DNA from: Squalus acanthias
Lineage: Eukaryota
Direction of reading: 5' to 3'
Length of the DNA stretch: 64,000 bases
Assembly (NCBI GenBank): GCA_030390025.1
Contig: CM059432.1
Span: 51,028,001-51,092,000, forward strand
Part shown: positions 12,210 to 26,610 of the stretch, piece by piece
How the letters are laid out: each line of letters opens with the position of its first letter
How positions within the stretch are numbered: position 1 is the first letter of the stretch
Notes under the pieces: generated by a model
Database searches by the model: none
What the model was told of the DNA's origin: nothing
Seen by the model: the letters and a program-made list of their open reading frames with translations, nothing else
Position numbers and translations under genes: made by a program

Positions 12210-14360
12210 GCATAAGATCATAAGAAATAGGAGCAGGAGTAGGCCATTCGGCCCATCGAGCCTGCTCCGCCATTCAATAAGATCATGGCTGATCTGATCT
12301 TGGCCTCAACTCCACTTTTTTGCCTGTTCCCCATAACCCTTGACTCTCCTGTAGTTCAAAAATCTGTCTATCTCAGCCTTGAATATATTCAATGACTCAG
12401 CCTCCACAGCTCTCTGGGGTAGAGAATTCCAAAGATTCACGACCCTCTGAGAGAAGAAGTTCCTCCTCATCTCCGTTTTAAATTGGGCGACCACTTATTC
12501 TGAAATTATGCCCCCTAGTTCTAGATTCCCCCACGAGAGGAAACATCCTCTCAGCATCTACCCTGTCAAGCCCCCTCAGAATCTTATATGTTTCAACAAG
12601 ATCACCTCTCATTCTTCTAAACTTCAATGATTATAGGCCCAACCTGCTCAACCTTTCCTCATAAGACAACCCCTTCATCTCCGGAATCAACCTCGTGAAC
12701 CTTCTCTGAACTGTTTCCAATGCAAGTATATCCCTCTTTAAATAAGGAGACCAAAACTGTACACAGTACTCCAGGTGTGGTCTCACCAACGCCCTGTACA
12801 GTTGTTGCAAGACTTCCCTACTTTTATATTCCAACCCCCTTGCTATAAAGGCCAACATTCCATTTGCCTTCCTAATTACTTGCTGTACCTGTATGCTAAC
12901 TTTTTGTGTTTCATGTACGAGGACATCCAGATCCCTCTGTACCGCAGCATTCTGTAGTCTCTCCATTTAAATAATATTTTGTTTTTCTATTTTTCCTATC
13001 AAAGTGGATAACCTCACATTTTCCCACATTATACTCCATCTGCCAAATTCTTGCCCACTCACTTAACCTATCTATATCCCTTTGTAGACTTTTTGTGTCC
13101 TCCTCACAACTTGCTTTCCCAACTATCTCTGTATCGTCAGCAAATTTGGCTACAGTACACTCGGTCCCTTCAACCAAGTCATTAATATAGATTGTAAATA
13201 GCTGAGTCCCCAACACTGATCCCTGTGGCACTCCACTAGTTACAGTTTGCCAATCTGAAAATGACCCATTTATCCTGACTCTCTGTTTTCTGTTAGTTAG
13301 CCAATCCTCTATCCATGCTAATATATTACTCCGAACATGAGCTTTTATCTTGTGCAGTAACCTTTTATGTGGCACCTTATCGAATGCCTTTTGGAAATCC
13401 AAATACACTACATCTACTGGTTCCCCTTTATCCACCCTGCTCGTTACATCTTCAAAGAACTCTAATAAACTTGTCAAACACGATTTCCCTTTCATAAAAC
13501 CATGTTGACTCTGCTTGATTGTATTATGATTTTCTAAATGTCCTGCTACTACTTCCTTAATAATGGATTCCAGCATTTTCCCAATGACAGATGTTAGGCT
13601 AACTGGCCTACAGTTTCCTGCTTTCTGTCTTCCTCCTTTCTTGAATATGGGTGTTACATTTGCGGTTTTCCACTTCGCTGGGACCTTTCCAGAGTCTAGG
13701 GAATTTTGGAAGATTACAACCAATGCATCCACTATCTCTGCAGCCACTTCTTTTAAGACCCTAGGATGCAGCCCATCAGGTCCAGGGGACTTGTCAGCCT
13801 TTAGTCCCATTAGTTTACTTTTTCTCCAGTGATAGTGATTATTTTATGTTCCTCCCTCCCTTTTGCCCCTTGATTTTCCACTATTATTGGGATGCTTTTT
13901 GTGTCTTCTACCGTGAAGACAGATACAAAATATTTGTTCAAAGTCTCCGCCATTTCCTTGTTTCCCATTATTAATTCCCCAGTCTCATCCTCTAATGGAC
14001 CAACGTTTACTTTAGCTACTCTCTTCCTTTTTATATACTTGTAGAAGCTACTTGTCTGTTTTTATATTTCTTGCTAGTTTACTCTCATAATCTATTTTCT
14101 TCCTCTTTATTATTTTTTTAGTCATCCTTTTGCAAGTTTCTAAAAATTTCCCAATCTTCTGGCCTACCACTAACCGTCGCAACATTGAATGCCTTTTCTT
14201 TCAATTTGATACCCTCCTTAACTTCCTTAGTAAGCCACGGATGGTTCATCCTTCTCATAGAGTCTTTCTTTCTCACTGGAATATATCTTTGTTTAGAGTT
14301 ATGAAATATCTCCTTAAAAGTCTGCCACTGCTTATCTACCGTCTTACCTTTTAATCTAAT
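12210..14360 (-). mobile_element. CR1 LINE, 5'-truncated
   Basis: ORFs 12911-13810, 12631-12966 and 12306-12494 with RT motifs (YLDFQKAFDKV, KFADDT). Confidence 0.95.
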
Positions 14361-14413
14361 GTTTGTTTACTTTTCAATTTTTTTGAATTTTGAAGCCAGT
14401 TAATTACCTTACA

Positions 14414-14544
14414 AAAGCAAAATACTGCAGATGCTGGAAATCTGAAATAAAAACAGAAAATGCCGGAAATACTCAGCAGGTCAAGTAGCATTTGTGGAGA
14501 GAGAAACAAAGTTAACGTTTCAGGTCAATGGCCGACCTGCTGAG
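14414..14544 (-). mobile_element. Penelope-type short repeat (family 2)
   Basis: Homologous to 63414-63542; TSD TAATTACC(T/G)TACA at 14401-14413 / 14545-14557. Confidence 0.7.
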
Positions 14545-15145
14545 TAATTACCGTACATGTATTTTGTTGACATTTAGAAAAGGTCAATGCGAATGGACTA
14601 CACCTGTGAAACAGAGAATCTAATTTCTAACATCTGTAAAGCGGAGAAGAAGAAATTGGTTTCAGGATGGTTCCTGGCATGAAGTAACGTGCGCACCTTA
14701 GGACGAAGGCCCGAGGCTCACTCCAAATTGGGCCTCGGTCCTCATCTCCATACCACCGGTGAGCAGTGGACACCAATTGGGCATCCCAATGAGGATCACC
14801 AGTCGGAGTCTTCTCAACAACAGTCGGCTTGCAGGTATGACCTGGGAAAGGAAGGAGGCAAATAGGAGGGGCGCAGGCTGGCAATGGCCAGCAGTATTGT
14901 TGTGGGGCCAGGAGGAGAAATTCTGCTCCACCTGTCTCCACGATGCGGTAAGTAAACAATCAAAAAACTTACCTTACCGTCGGCGGCCTCCAGTAGTCCC
15001 TGTAAAGACCGCTGATTAGGCCAAGGTAGAGCTGGAAAATCCGAGCAGAGCATGCGTGGCACATTCTCCGCCTAATTTCTGCTAAATTTGGCAGTGGGAC
15101 CTAAAACTGGTCTTAGGCCCCTGATTAGCATTTTCAAGGGGCTTA

Positions 15146-15879
15146 GGGGAAAAATTCGGTTGAATTGTGCTTCCCGTTAGCGCCCCGAGGGGGTGTTAAC
15201 GAGACATAAAGCACCTAGTGCCCTGGGCGCAGCGCCGTGAACGCCTCCCGTGAAATGCAGCGGGAGGCTAGTGGTGGCGGCAGCCAGTAGCGCCCCGCGG
15301 CACTGCGCCTCCAGCGATGACGTCATCGCCCCTGCTCGCGTCCCGGCCGCAAACTTGGCTCGCGCCGCCTGACCTACCGCCGGACACTATGACCGACAGG
15401 GTCAGGGTGGTGTTTTTGCGGCCAGGGTGGTGTAAATTAAAGGGCAGGTGTCCAGCGGCCTTTTTGTTCTGGGCTGCCTGCCAGCACCTACCCCCTCTCG
15501 CCTCCTCCTGCGGGGTGCCAGCTGCGATCGGTCAGCCCGGCACTCCTCTTGGGTGCCGGGCTCTTTTCCAGGCAACCTGCTCCCCGGTGGTCCAGCAGGG
15601 CCCCAGTGCGCGCTGCGCTAGACCCCTCCCCTTTAATCAGGGGAGGGAGGCCTGCAGTACCGCGCGGCGCTACATGCTGACGCGCGCGGCGCTTCTGCAC
15701 GTAGCGCAGCGATGTTCAATGGGAGTGCCCCAAGAGTGAGTGGGAGCGCCTCTAGTAGCACCCCGCCTCCTGCTTGGGGCGCTACCATTCAATTTCGGGC
15801 GCGGGGGTGCTAACCTTTTCGGGGCGCTAAAAGTAGTGAAGTTAGCGCCCCAGAGGGGACGCGACCCAATTTTTGTCTG
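15146..15879. mobile_element. Non-autonomous Harbinger (MITE-like) related to the 45081-49228 element
   Basis: Left end GGGGAAAAATTCGGTTG..CCCGTTAGCGCC matches the reverse complement of the 49228 end; right end GCGACCCAATTT matches the reverse complement of the 45081 end; flanking TTA/TTA. Confidence 0.7.
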
Positions 15880-16849
15880 TTATTGTCTGTTTTAATCGGG
15901 TGCCCCGGGCACTCAGAAGTTGCTAGCCGCCAAAGACATCAGAGACAAGTAAGGGAGTGACCACATTCTCCAACCTACCATATGCAACGCTATGGGAGAT
16001 CAACTAGCGGCAATGAATTATTAATATTCTTTGTCAAATTATCATATTTTCTGTTTCAATACATACACAAGGTTTAAAATGTATAATGATTTTTTTGAAT
16101 CAAATCCTAAAAGCTATAAGTAAATCTCTTTCCCTGGCTAAAGATTACCTATCAATGTCTGTAAAATAACTGACTTTCAATAAGCACGGCGAGCTTTTTT
16201 TACGATGAATGCAAGTACGATCAATTTTGAATGAAATGCGCTTTGTTTTTAACAATGTATCACTTTTGCTCGCTGAACAGACAATGGAACGAAACAAAAG
16301 AACAGGGATGTTATTATCTACTGTACAAGTGCACACCCTGGAGGACGTTTACAATGCTGCTCAAAATCACTGGTCAAAACAACAGGCTACTATACAGACA
16401 TACTTAGTTGTAGTTCCAGTTTTTGCCATAGCAATAAATTTAACAATGTCAAACATATAAAAACGTCGACAAGCATTACAATGGCAACATTTGTTTTTGC
16501 TGAGCAGGCAAGGTACTAGCCTATGAACAAGAGGTCTGTAATTTCTGCCATTTACAATTCAGTGTATGTCCAAAACCAGAGATTCTGGTTATTGACTACA
16601 AGTGTCATTTAGCAAGGCTAAATGGGAATGTGGATCATGAAAGTGGGTGCTGAAGTCCATGGATTCAGTGCACTTCACACTGCATTTTATAACAAAGAAA
16701 TTCCCATTTTTTTGCAGCCGCACAGCCAAACCGCACGAGCCTCACTGATGAAGCCCACACACCAGATTTCACTTTTTGCTTCCGAGCTTCTCCCCCACAG
16801 CACAGCATATACAACAAGCAAATGATTGTTTTGCTGCCTGGCCTGTAGA

Positions 16850-17970
16850 AATAGGCTTCTGGAATGAAATCATAAATATTAATATATTACCTTAACTCTA
16901 GAACACAATACTTTTAATGAGCTGAAAGATGACAATATATGAAGACTGTATGGACACACAACTTGACAATTACACACCAGTAACATAAGAACATAAGAAC
17001 ATAAGAAATAGGAGCAGGAGTCGGCCATTTGGCCTTTCGAGCCTGCTCCGCCATTCAATAAGATCATGGCTGATCTTCTACCTCAACTCCACTTTCCTGC
17101 ACTATCCACATATCCCTTGATTCCCTTAATATCCAAAAATCTTTCGATCTCTGTCTTGAATATACTCAACGACTGAGCCTCCACAGCCCTCTGGGGTAGA
17201 GAATTCCAAAGATTCAACATCCTCTGAGTGAAGAAATTTCTCCTCATCTCAGTCCTAAATGGCGACCCCTTATTCTGAGACTGTGACCCCTGGTTCTAGA
17301 CTCCCCAGCTATGGGAAACATCCTCCCTGCATCTACCCTGTCAAGCCCTGTAAGAATTTTGTATGTTTCAATGAGATCACCTCTCATTCTTCTGAACTCT
17401 AGAGAATATAGACCTAGTCTACTCAATCTCTCCTCTTAGGACAATCCCCCCATCCCAGGAATCAGTCTGGTGAACCTTCATTGCACTCCCTCTATGGCAA
17501 GTATATCCTTCCTTAGGTAAGGAGACCAAAACTGTACACAGTACTCCAGGTGTGGTCCCACCAGGTCCCTATATAATTGCAGTAAGATATCTTTACTCTT
17601 ATACTCAAATCCTCTTGCAATAAAGGCCAACATATCAAACATACCAGCCCATCTCGTTTCTTAAACAGTTAGTTCATCACATGATCCTTCAGATATACAA
17701 ATGTTTCTTATTCCTTGGTGCATTCTAGTAATTGGGAATAAAATCTCCATTCTGTCAGATCTACACTCACTGGCTCCTCAATCTTACCTAACTCAATTTT
17801 AATTTCCATTGTCCTCAGAATTATTTCTGCCAATATGAGGCATAACTATTTTATAATTAAAAACATTCATCGAGTCCTTAAAATTATGTGGTTGCTGATG
17901 ATTTTTGTTACACCAAAACCAGTTCAAAAATCAACTTTTCTTGCCTTGCATACATCCTTGAATATATATT
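16850..17970 (+). repeat. Segmental-duplication paralogue of 6155-6620 (FABP unit boundary), with a CR1 inserted
   Basis: Collinear high similarity, e.g. TTACCTTAACTCTAGAACACAAT and CAGTTCAAAAATCAACTTTTCTTGC. Confidence 0.85.
16983..17632 (-). mobile_element. CR1 3' fragment
   Basis: LGLYSLEFRRMRGDLIETYKIL; (ACATAAGA)n tail; absent from the paralogue at ~6280. Confidence 0.9.
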
Positions 17971-18494
17971 GGCCGAGAAATTGGATAAGGCCCAAAAATG
18001 TTCAAAGTGGTGCAGGCAGCACGCAAAATTCTTGCTGCCTGCTCATTATAATGATTGCAGCACTGATCTCAGCGCTAAATGCACTGCTGATTAGCTTAGA
18101 GTTGAACAGGGTGAGCAATATCGGGTGCAGTCTAATGGCCAAAGAAGTTTGGCCTAGGCTCTCTGCACTACTTAAAGGGGAGGTGCTTTGTTGCAGAAGC
18201 ACCTCATTGTCATTGTGGAGAAAGCTGTGGCCCAACAGCCAAGAGAGAGGGCGAGGAGGTTTTCCGATGCTGCACTGGAGGCCTTGGTCCTGGGGGTTCA
18301 AAGGTGCTGTCAGGTCCTCTACTCGCAGGTCTTCAAGGCAGAACAGCAGAAGGATGTGGGAGGAGATAGCTGAAGCCGTCAGTGCGATGAGTGTTGTCCC
18401 AAGGACCTGGATCCAGTGCCACAAAAAGTTTAATGACCTCACATGAGTGGTCAAGGTGAGTGAATACATCTTCAAATGCCATATCCCACCATCT

Positions 18495-21250
18495 GGCAGC
18501 TCAATATTCCGGGGTATAGAACCTTCAGGCGAGACAGAGGGGGGTGTAAAAGAGGAGGGGGTGTCGCAATATTAATCAAGGAGTCAATTACTGCTGTAAG
18601 GAGGGATGATATCTTAGCAGGTTCCTCTAATGAGGCCATATGGGTAGAACTTAAAAACAAAAAGGGGGCAAGCGCTTTGCTGGGAGTGTACTATATCCCC
18701 CAAACAGTCAGTGGGAGATAGAGGAACAGATATGTAGGCAAATCTCAGAGAAGTGTAGAAATAATAGGGTAATAATAGTAGGGGATTTCAACTTCCCCAA
18801 TATTAACTGGGATAGTCAGAGTGTGAAAGGCTTAGAGGGTGCGGAATTCTTAAAGTGCATCCAGGAGAGCTTTTTGAGCCAGCATGTAGAAAGTCCTACA
18901 AGAGAGGGGGCGGTACTGCACCTAATTCTAGGGAATGTAGCTGGGCAAGTGGTAGAAGTGTCAGTAGGAGAGCATTTTGGTGACAGTGACCATAATTTGG
19001 TGAGATTTAAGGTAGTCATGGAAAAGGACAAAGATGGATCGGAAATAAAGGTTCTAAATTGGGGGAAGGCCGATTTTAATATGAAAAGGCAGGATCTGGC
19101 CAAAGTGTACTGGGATCAGCTACTTGTAGGAAAATCCACATCAGAGCAGTGGGAGTCTTTCAGAAAGGAAATAGAGAGAGTACAACGCCAACATGTTCCC
19201 GTAAAGGTCAAGGGTGGGACCAACAAGCCCAGGGAACCCTGGATGTCAAGGGATATACAAGAATGGATGAGGAAAAAAAGGGAGGCTTTTGGCAGATACA
19301 AAGGACTAAAAACAGTGGAAGCCCGAGAGGAGTATAGAAAGTGCAGGGGGGTACTCAAAAAAGAAATTAGGAGAGCAAAGAGGAGGCATGAAAAAACACT
19401 GGCAGGCAAAATAAAGGAAAATCCCAAGGTGTTTTATAAGTATATTAAGGGCAAGAGGATAACCAGGGAAAGAGCAGGGCCCATTAGGGACCAAAGTGGC
19501 AATCTGTATGTAGAGCCGAAAGATGTGGGTGAGGTTTTAAATGAATATTTTGCATCTGTGTTCACTATGGAGAAGGACAATGTAGGCATAGAAATCAGGC
19601 AGGGGGATTGTGATATACTTGAACAAATTAGTATTGAGAGGGAGGAGGTACTAGTGGTTTTAGCGGGCTTAAAAGTGGATAAATCCCCAGGCCCAGACGA
19701 GATGTATCCCAGCTGCTGTGTGAGGCAAGGGAGGAGATTGCAGGGGCTCTGACACAAATTTTCAGAACCTCTCTGGCCACAGGGGAGGTGCCAGAGGACT
19801 GGAGGACAGCTAACAGAGTATCATTATTCAAGAAGGGTAGTAGGGATAAACCAGGGAATTACAGGCCAGTGAGCCTAGCATCAGTGGTAGGGAAATTATT
19901 GGAAAACATTCTGAGAGACAGAATTAGTCTCCACTTGGGAAGGCAAGGATTAATCAAGGATAGTCAGCATGGCTTTGTCAGGGGGAGATCATGTCTAACC
20001 AATTTGATTGAATTTTTTGAAGGGGTGACTAGGTGTGTGGATGAGGGTAGTGCAGTTGATGTAGTCTACATGGACTTCAGTAAGGCTTTTGACAAAGTCC
20101 CACATGGGAGACTAGTCAAGAAGGTAAGAGCCCATGGGATCCAGGGCAATTTGGCACATTGGATCCAAAATTGGCTTAGTGGCAGGAGGCAGACGGGTGA
20201 TGGTCGAAGGTTGTTTTTGTGACTGGAAGCCTGTGTCCAGCGGTGTACTGCAGGGATCGGTGCTGGGTCCTTTGCTGTTTGTAGTGTATATTAATGATTT
20301 AGATATGAATGTAGGAGGTATGATCAGTAAGTTCGCAGATGACACGAAAATTGGTGGAGTGGTAAATAGCGAGGAGGGAAGCCTCAGGCTACAGGACGAT
20401 ATAGACGGGTTGCTCAGATGGGCAGAACAGTGGCAAATGGAATTTAACCCTGAAAAGTGTGAGGTGATGCATTTTGGGAGGACTAACAAGGCAAAGGAAT
20501 ACACAATGAATGGTAGGACCCTAGGAAGGACAGAGGATCAGAGGGACCTTGGTGTGCATGTACATAGATCCCTGAAGGCAGCAGGACAGGTAGATAAGGT
20601 GGTTAAAAAGGCATATGGGATACTTGCCTTCATTAGCCGAGGCATAGAATATAAGAGCAGGAAGGTTATGATGGAGCTGTAGTTAACGCTAGTTAGGCCA
20701 CAGCTGGAATACTGTGTGCAGTTCTGGTCGCCACACTATAGGAAGGATGTGATTGCATTGGAGAGGGTGCAGAGGAGATTCACCAGGATGTTACCTGGGC
20801 TGGAGCGCTTCAGCTATGAAGAGAGACTGGACAGGCTGGGGTTGTTTTCCTTAGAGCAGAGAAGGCTGAGGGGGGACCTGATTGAGGTGTACAAAGTTAT
20901 GAGGGGCATAGATAGGATAGATAGAAAGGAACTTTTCCCCTTAGTAGAGGGGTCAATAACCAGGGGGCATAGTTTCAAGGTAAGGGGCAGGAGGTTTAGA
21001 GAGGATTTGAGGAAAAACTTTTTCACCCAGAGGGTGGTTGGAATCTGGAACTCATTGCCTGAAAGGGTGGTAGAGGCAGGAACCCTCACAACATTCAAGA
21101 AGCATTTAGATGAGCACTTGAAACGCCATAGCATACAAGGCTATGGACCAAGTGCTGGAAAATGAGATTAGAATAGACAGGGCTTGATGGCCGGCGCGGA
21201 CACGATGGGCCGAAGGGCCTCTTTCTGTGCTGTATAGCTCTATGACTCTA
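18495..21250 (+). mobile_element. CR1 LINE (EN+RT, frameshifted)
   Basis: GDFNFP, GDSDHN, YMDFSKAFDKV, KFADDTK motifs; 3' tail (CTATGA). Confidence 0.95.
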
Positions 21251-22151
21251 TCTGCACCACTAGCCTCACACACTGCTCAATGCACCACACCTCCATTACT
21301 CACCTACCAATAATCTCTAGCAATCACCACTCATACCTCACAATCATAGCTTCACTTTCCTCTCACACACTTCCACTGCTGCAAAACTACACCCACATCT
21401 CACACCCATTCAACCATGGCAGGCGCATTGCACCACACTCACCGACACACTCCCTTTCTCTTGCAGGCAAAGGTGGCTCATAACTGCAGGGAGCAGCAGC
21501 AGACGGGTGGAGTGAAGCCTGTCTGGAGACTCTAACAGAGCTGGAGGATGCAGTGCTGGAGATCATTGGAGGAGCCGTCACTGAGGCCTTGGCGAGCGGC
21601 GAAGTTGAAAGTATTGCTGATGATGACGGTATGCTCATACCTAATTCTTCTTCTCATATTACACTTCCCCCTCATCCTACAATCTCTTCTCACTTACAAG
21701 CTGCTGATAGTGTATGCATGGATATCTGCTTTTGTCCCCTCCCCTCACCACAACCCGACCCTTGTACCTTTCTCCTTTCAGAGAGCCAGGAAGTCACACC
21801 AGCACAGCCAGTTCCTGAAGCAATGGAGGGGGAGAGTGAAGGAGAAGACACACCGTCACTGCATCTGACACTTGCAGACACCAGCTCATAAAATGGCACT
21901 GCGTGGGCTTTAGCAGGTAGTATAGAGGCGGGATCCGCACGTGGTGAGTCCGCACGGGGACGAGAGGGCTGCAGCCAGGCCAGGGGCAAAGGGTAGCTCG
22001 GGTGCCAGCAGTGCGAGTTCACACACAAGTTCTGCTGTGCAGGACTCAGATGATGACCTCGATGGGGTGGCCTTCAGAAGAAGGGTGATGGGCATGCACA
22101 CAGAAATGCTTGGTGCAAAGGTAAGCCTGCCAGAGAGCCTCTTGTCACTGT

Positions 22152-22522
22152 CAATACAAAATTCTTACAGGGCTTGACAGGGTAGATGCAGGGAGGATGT
22201 TTCCCCTGGCTGGGGAGTCTAGAACCAGGGTCACAGTCTCAGAATAAGGGCTCGCCCATTTAGGACTGAGATAAGGAGAAATTTCTTCACTCAGAGGGTG
22301 GTGAATCTTTGGTATTCTCTACCCCAGAGGGCTGTGCAGGCTCAGTCGTTGAGTATATTCAAGACAGAGATTGATAGATTTTTGAATATTAAGGGAATCA
22401 AGGGATATGGGGATAGTGCAGGAAAGTGGAGATGAGGTAGAAGATCAGCCATGATCTTGTTGAATGGCGGAGCAGGCTCGAAGGGCCAAATGACCTGCTC
22501 CTATTTATTATGTTCTTATGTT
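22152..22522 (+). mobile_element. CR1 3' fragment
   Basis: RRNFFTQRVVNLW region plus 3' UTR. Confidence 0.85.
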
Positions 22523-23384
22523 CAAAGAGCATGGAGGAGTCCTACTCCAACCTTGCACAAAGCTTTGCACAGAGCTTTGCGCAGAGCTTGGAGCTCGTGA
22601 TTTCCAGGATGGAATTGATGGGCAACTCCATTAGAACAGTTCGGGAGCCAACCATGATGCAGGGTCTGATGGATGATGTCTCAGCTTCCATTGCAGCACA
22701 AGCGGAAGTGACCCAACGTCTGAGTGCTACAGTGGAAGCTCAGACTTCTGCCATGCAGGCTCAGACTGCTGTCATCATGGCTGTGTTTACAAGTGTGGAA
22801 AGGGGCTTGCAGGGTCTCACAGCAGACCAGCAATCTGTCCTCCAAGAGGTTACTAGGATTGCTGAAGCGCTGCCCCAGGAGTGCCAGTGGCTCCGTGGAG
22901 TACAAACCTGCTGTCCTCTCTCAGGATGACAACATTCATACTTCCACCACTGCCACTCCGCCAGTGTCCTTGTAGTTGTCTGTCAGCCAGCCAATCCAGA
23001 CTGTTGCCGTACATGCTGAAGTAGTGCAGTCTACAGCCGGGCCTTCTAGGCCCAGAGCTGCTTGCGGTCATCCTGGAAGGCCATCTGCAGTCTCCCCACT
23101 GAAAGTCAGCAGCCTTCCACCAGCCAGGCTGTAGCCACTGGGGTAGCACTTCGTAGGAGTACTAGAATAGGAAAAGGCACATGTCAGACAGGCACTAAGG
23201 GAATGCACAAAGGTGATTAATTGACTTTGTTATGTCGTTTTGGAATTAATCATTTATAAATTATGTTTGGAATGTTTGTTTTATGGTGGCTTTCATTTCA
23301 GCATTGTGGCCAAGAGGACGCTGTGATGTTCCGTGACGGAATGATGTTAAGGTGGGGAAGTTTTGAGCAACGGGGATCTGGGGT

Positions 23385-24539
23385 TTCATTAAGGGGAACC
23401 TGAGTCTGATGATGCGCTCAAGGACAGCCCATCCAGAATGGGGATTTGCAAGCTGCCTCCTCCCTTTCTCCTCCACCTCCTCCTCTTCCTCCTCCTCCTC
23501 TTGAGGTGGTAGTGGAACCTGTGGTGGCAAAGGCTGTGCCCTTATGATGGCCAAATTGTGTAAATGCAGCAGACCACCACGAATTGGGACACCCACTCCG
23601 GCGAGTACTGGAGAGCTTCTCCCGAGCGGTCAAGGCAGGGGAACCATTGCTTCAGAACTCCCATGGTCTACTCGATGAGGTTCCTCGTGGCAGCATGGGT
23701 CTCATTATATGAGTGCTGGCCACAAGTGGCGGGGTTGCGGAGGGGTGTCATCAGCCAGGTGGTAGAGCGGATAGCTCTTGTCATCTAGCAGCCACCTTCG
23801 GGTTCGACGTGGTGGCTGGAAGATTGCTGGCACACTGGACTGGCGCAGGATGAAGGCATCACGACTACCGCCAGGATAGCGGGAATTCACCATCATGATG
23901 CACTGGGCGTGGTAGCATACCAACTGCACATTAAGTGAGTGGTACCCTTTGGGGTTACAGTACATCTTACCATTGATATGCAGAGCCCACAAAGCCACAT
24001 GTGTGCAGTCGATGGTGCCCTGAACCATGGGGAAGCCCGATATCCTGGTAAAGCCACATGTGCGCACCTCCTGCTTCTCTCAGTTTAGAGAAAAGACAAT
24101 AAAGTCCCTTCTCCCAGAGCACAGAGCCTCTGTGACCTTTCGGATGCAGTGTTGGACAGCAAACTGCGAGATGTTTGCTATGTCGCCTGTTCTAGCCTGG
24201 AAGGATCAACTTGCAAAAAAAATTCAAGGCCACGGGCACCTTGAGGGGCACTGGCAGAGCTGTCGTCGCCCAGCTCTGAGGCTGTAGGTCTGGTTCCAAG
24301 AGGTGGCAGAGTTCTGTGACCACCTCCTTGGTGAAGCGGAGTCGCCGAACACACTGCTCGTGGCTTAGACGCAGCTAGGAGCAGTGCTCTCTGAAGACCC
24401 TAGGTGGGTAAGGCCTCCTGCTGAGAGCCCTCCTCCCCTGCATCCTCCTCCCTCTGCGAGCAGCTTGTCTTCTTTGCCGCCTCTGTTTCATCTCCCTGAC
24501 ATGCTTCAGCGCGAGCGGGACTGCTAGTAGAGCCCCCAT
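23385..24539 (-). pseudogene. Harbinger DDE transposase, disrupted
   Basis: GTIDCTHV, LNVQLVC, WLLDDKSY, acidic tail; multiple frameshifts. Confidence 0.85.
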
Positions 24540-24695
24540 GACTGGGAGCAAGTGGTGTAGTCAGAGGCCTTCCAGTAGCAGCCAACACCTTCCCAATGTC
24601 CAGCATCACTCCCTGCACACTTTAACAACTTTATAAATGTCTTCCAGCAACACAGTATTCATACAAACTCTGCAAGAGCCAGTACAAGAGAAGTA

Positions 24696-26610
24696 GGCCG
24701 GGAAATCGGTTCCATTTGCGCCGGCTGTTAAGACCGGTTTGGAAGAAAAAAATGCCCATTTTGGGCAAGTTGGCAGCGCTGCCATTGCCTGCGCTCTCTT
24801 TAGATATTTAGATGAGCCAGATCGTGATGCTAATCGGTGTTTTGGAATCGCCGCTCCTATTAACACCCTCTCCACAGCACGCATGGCAGAACATGTGTGC
24901 AGCAGTACGACGGACCCCTTACCAACGCTTCTTAAAGGCACACACGCAACTTTCAGGTAAGTTTAGATTTTTGCTTTTGTACTAGTTTCTTTACATTTTA
25001 TTGATGTAATGGCTTGGTGTAATACATTTAAAAGGTGGCTAAAGTGTGCAGGGAATGCGGCTGGATGTTTGCAAGGCTTTGGCTCTTAAAGAAAGGCATC
25101 TGAGAACACCACTTGCTCCCAGTCCTGGGGGCTCTAGTTACAGTCCCCCTTGGGCCGCAGCATGGCATGGAGATGGAGCAGAGGCAGCAAAGAGGACAAA
25201 CTGCTCGCAGAGGGAGGAGGAGGAGGAAGAGGAGAAGGAGGAAGAAGATACAGAAGAGGAAAAGCAGAAGAGGAAGAAGCAGAAGAGGAAAAGCAGAAGA
25301 GGAAGAAGCAGAAGAGGAGGAAGCAGAAGGAAGGAGGCAACCCAGGCAGCCCCTTTCTGGCCAGGATATCTGGGAACGAATCATCCGCCTGCATACCAGT
25401 GAACACAGCCCCAATTCCCCTTTCAATATTTGTGCCATACCTTACCTTCCCTCTGTTACTGACCATCACAGCGTCCTCTTGGCCACAAAGCTGAAATAAA
25501 AGCCACCACAAAGCAAACTTTCCAATCCAACTTTATCCATATATGCATCCAATATTACATCAAAAAATCAACTAATCGCACCTGTCCATTCCCTTAGTGA
25601 CTGTCTTGCATGTGCATTTGCCTATCCTAGTGATGTCACGCAGTTCTAACCCAGTGGCTACAGCATGGCTGGTGGAAGGCTGCTGACTTGCAGTGGGGGA
25701 CACTGCAGATGGCCTTGCAGGACGACCTCAAGAAACTGGTGGCTGGGTCAGCGAAATCGAGTGATGGTGTTTCTTCTTCTTCTTCACTCTCTCCTTCCTC
25801 TTGTTGATGCACTGGCTGGGCAGGCTGGATTTCTTGGGTGTCTGAAATGAGGAAGGCATAAGGGTAGGGTTGTGGTGAGGGGAGGGAGGGTAAAGCAAAG
25901 GGTGCATGCTTACACCATGTGCCACTTGTAAATCAGAAGCCATTGTGGGATGAGGGGGAAGTGGGAAGGAACGTATGAGGATACCAGCATTTTGTATCCT
26001 TTCAGCCCTGCCACTGGCCAAAGGCTCAGCCATGCCCCTGCCAAGAATGGCCAGCACCGTCTCCTCCGAGGGGGTGAGATGAAGCTAGGAATGTGAGGTG
26101 TGCCTCATGTTCGGTAGCGATTGTTGATAGGTGAGTGATGGGGACGGGCGGTGGGCGGCGGTAGTGCATTGAGCAGTGTGTGAGGCTAGTGATGCAGTTG
26201 GTAGGAAATGGCTTTTGAAGATGCATTCATTGACCTTGACCACTTGTCTGAGGTCATGAAGCTTCTTTGGGCACTGGAGCCAGGTCCTGGGGGGGGGGGG
26301 GGCCACACTGTTGGCAGTGCCTGCCTCGGCAATCTGGTCCCACATCCTTCTTTCTGGAGGGCCTCTTGGCCCCCTGTGGGTAGAGGACCTCACTTCCAGT
26401 GTTGACTCTCTGCGCAAAGCTCGTGTGCTGCATCCGAGTGCCCTTTCCCTGGCCTGTTGAGCCATTTGGGTTAGTGCTGAAGAACTTCTGCCATTTTTGA
26501 TCAGTAGAAGGCAGCTCACCTTTAGGAGGTGCAGACTGCCTAGTGCTGAAGCACTTAAAAAAAAAATTCATCTACAAAGGGTGCTCACCTTTAAGAGGTG
26601 CAGACTGCCT
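24696..26610. mobile_element. Non-autonomous Harbinger 'family X' copy 1 (deleted transposase on +, reduced Myb gene on -)
   Basis: Starts GGCCGGGAAATCGG; transposase N-terminus joined directly to the acidic C-terminus; collinear with 41752-44600 and 53399-56148. Confidence 0.7.

Larger units (their letters stand above)
18227..23220 (+). pseudogene. Harbinger Myb/SANT-like gene, 3 exons, disrupted
   Basis: RFSDAALEALV..WEEIAEAVSA..RTWIQCHKKFNDL; exon 2 ~21468-21628; exon 3 from ~21782; stops, frameshifts, CR1 insertions. Confidence 0.75.

Noticed and set aside
14710..15930. GC-rich sequence around the MITE as a CpG-island promoter or another DNA element
   Set aside because: Probably a repeat, but no TIR/TSD or linked exon could be defined
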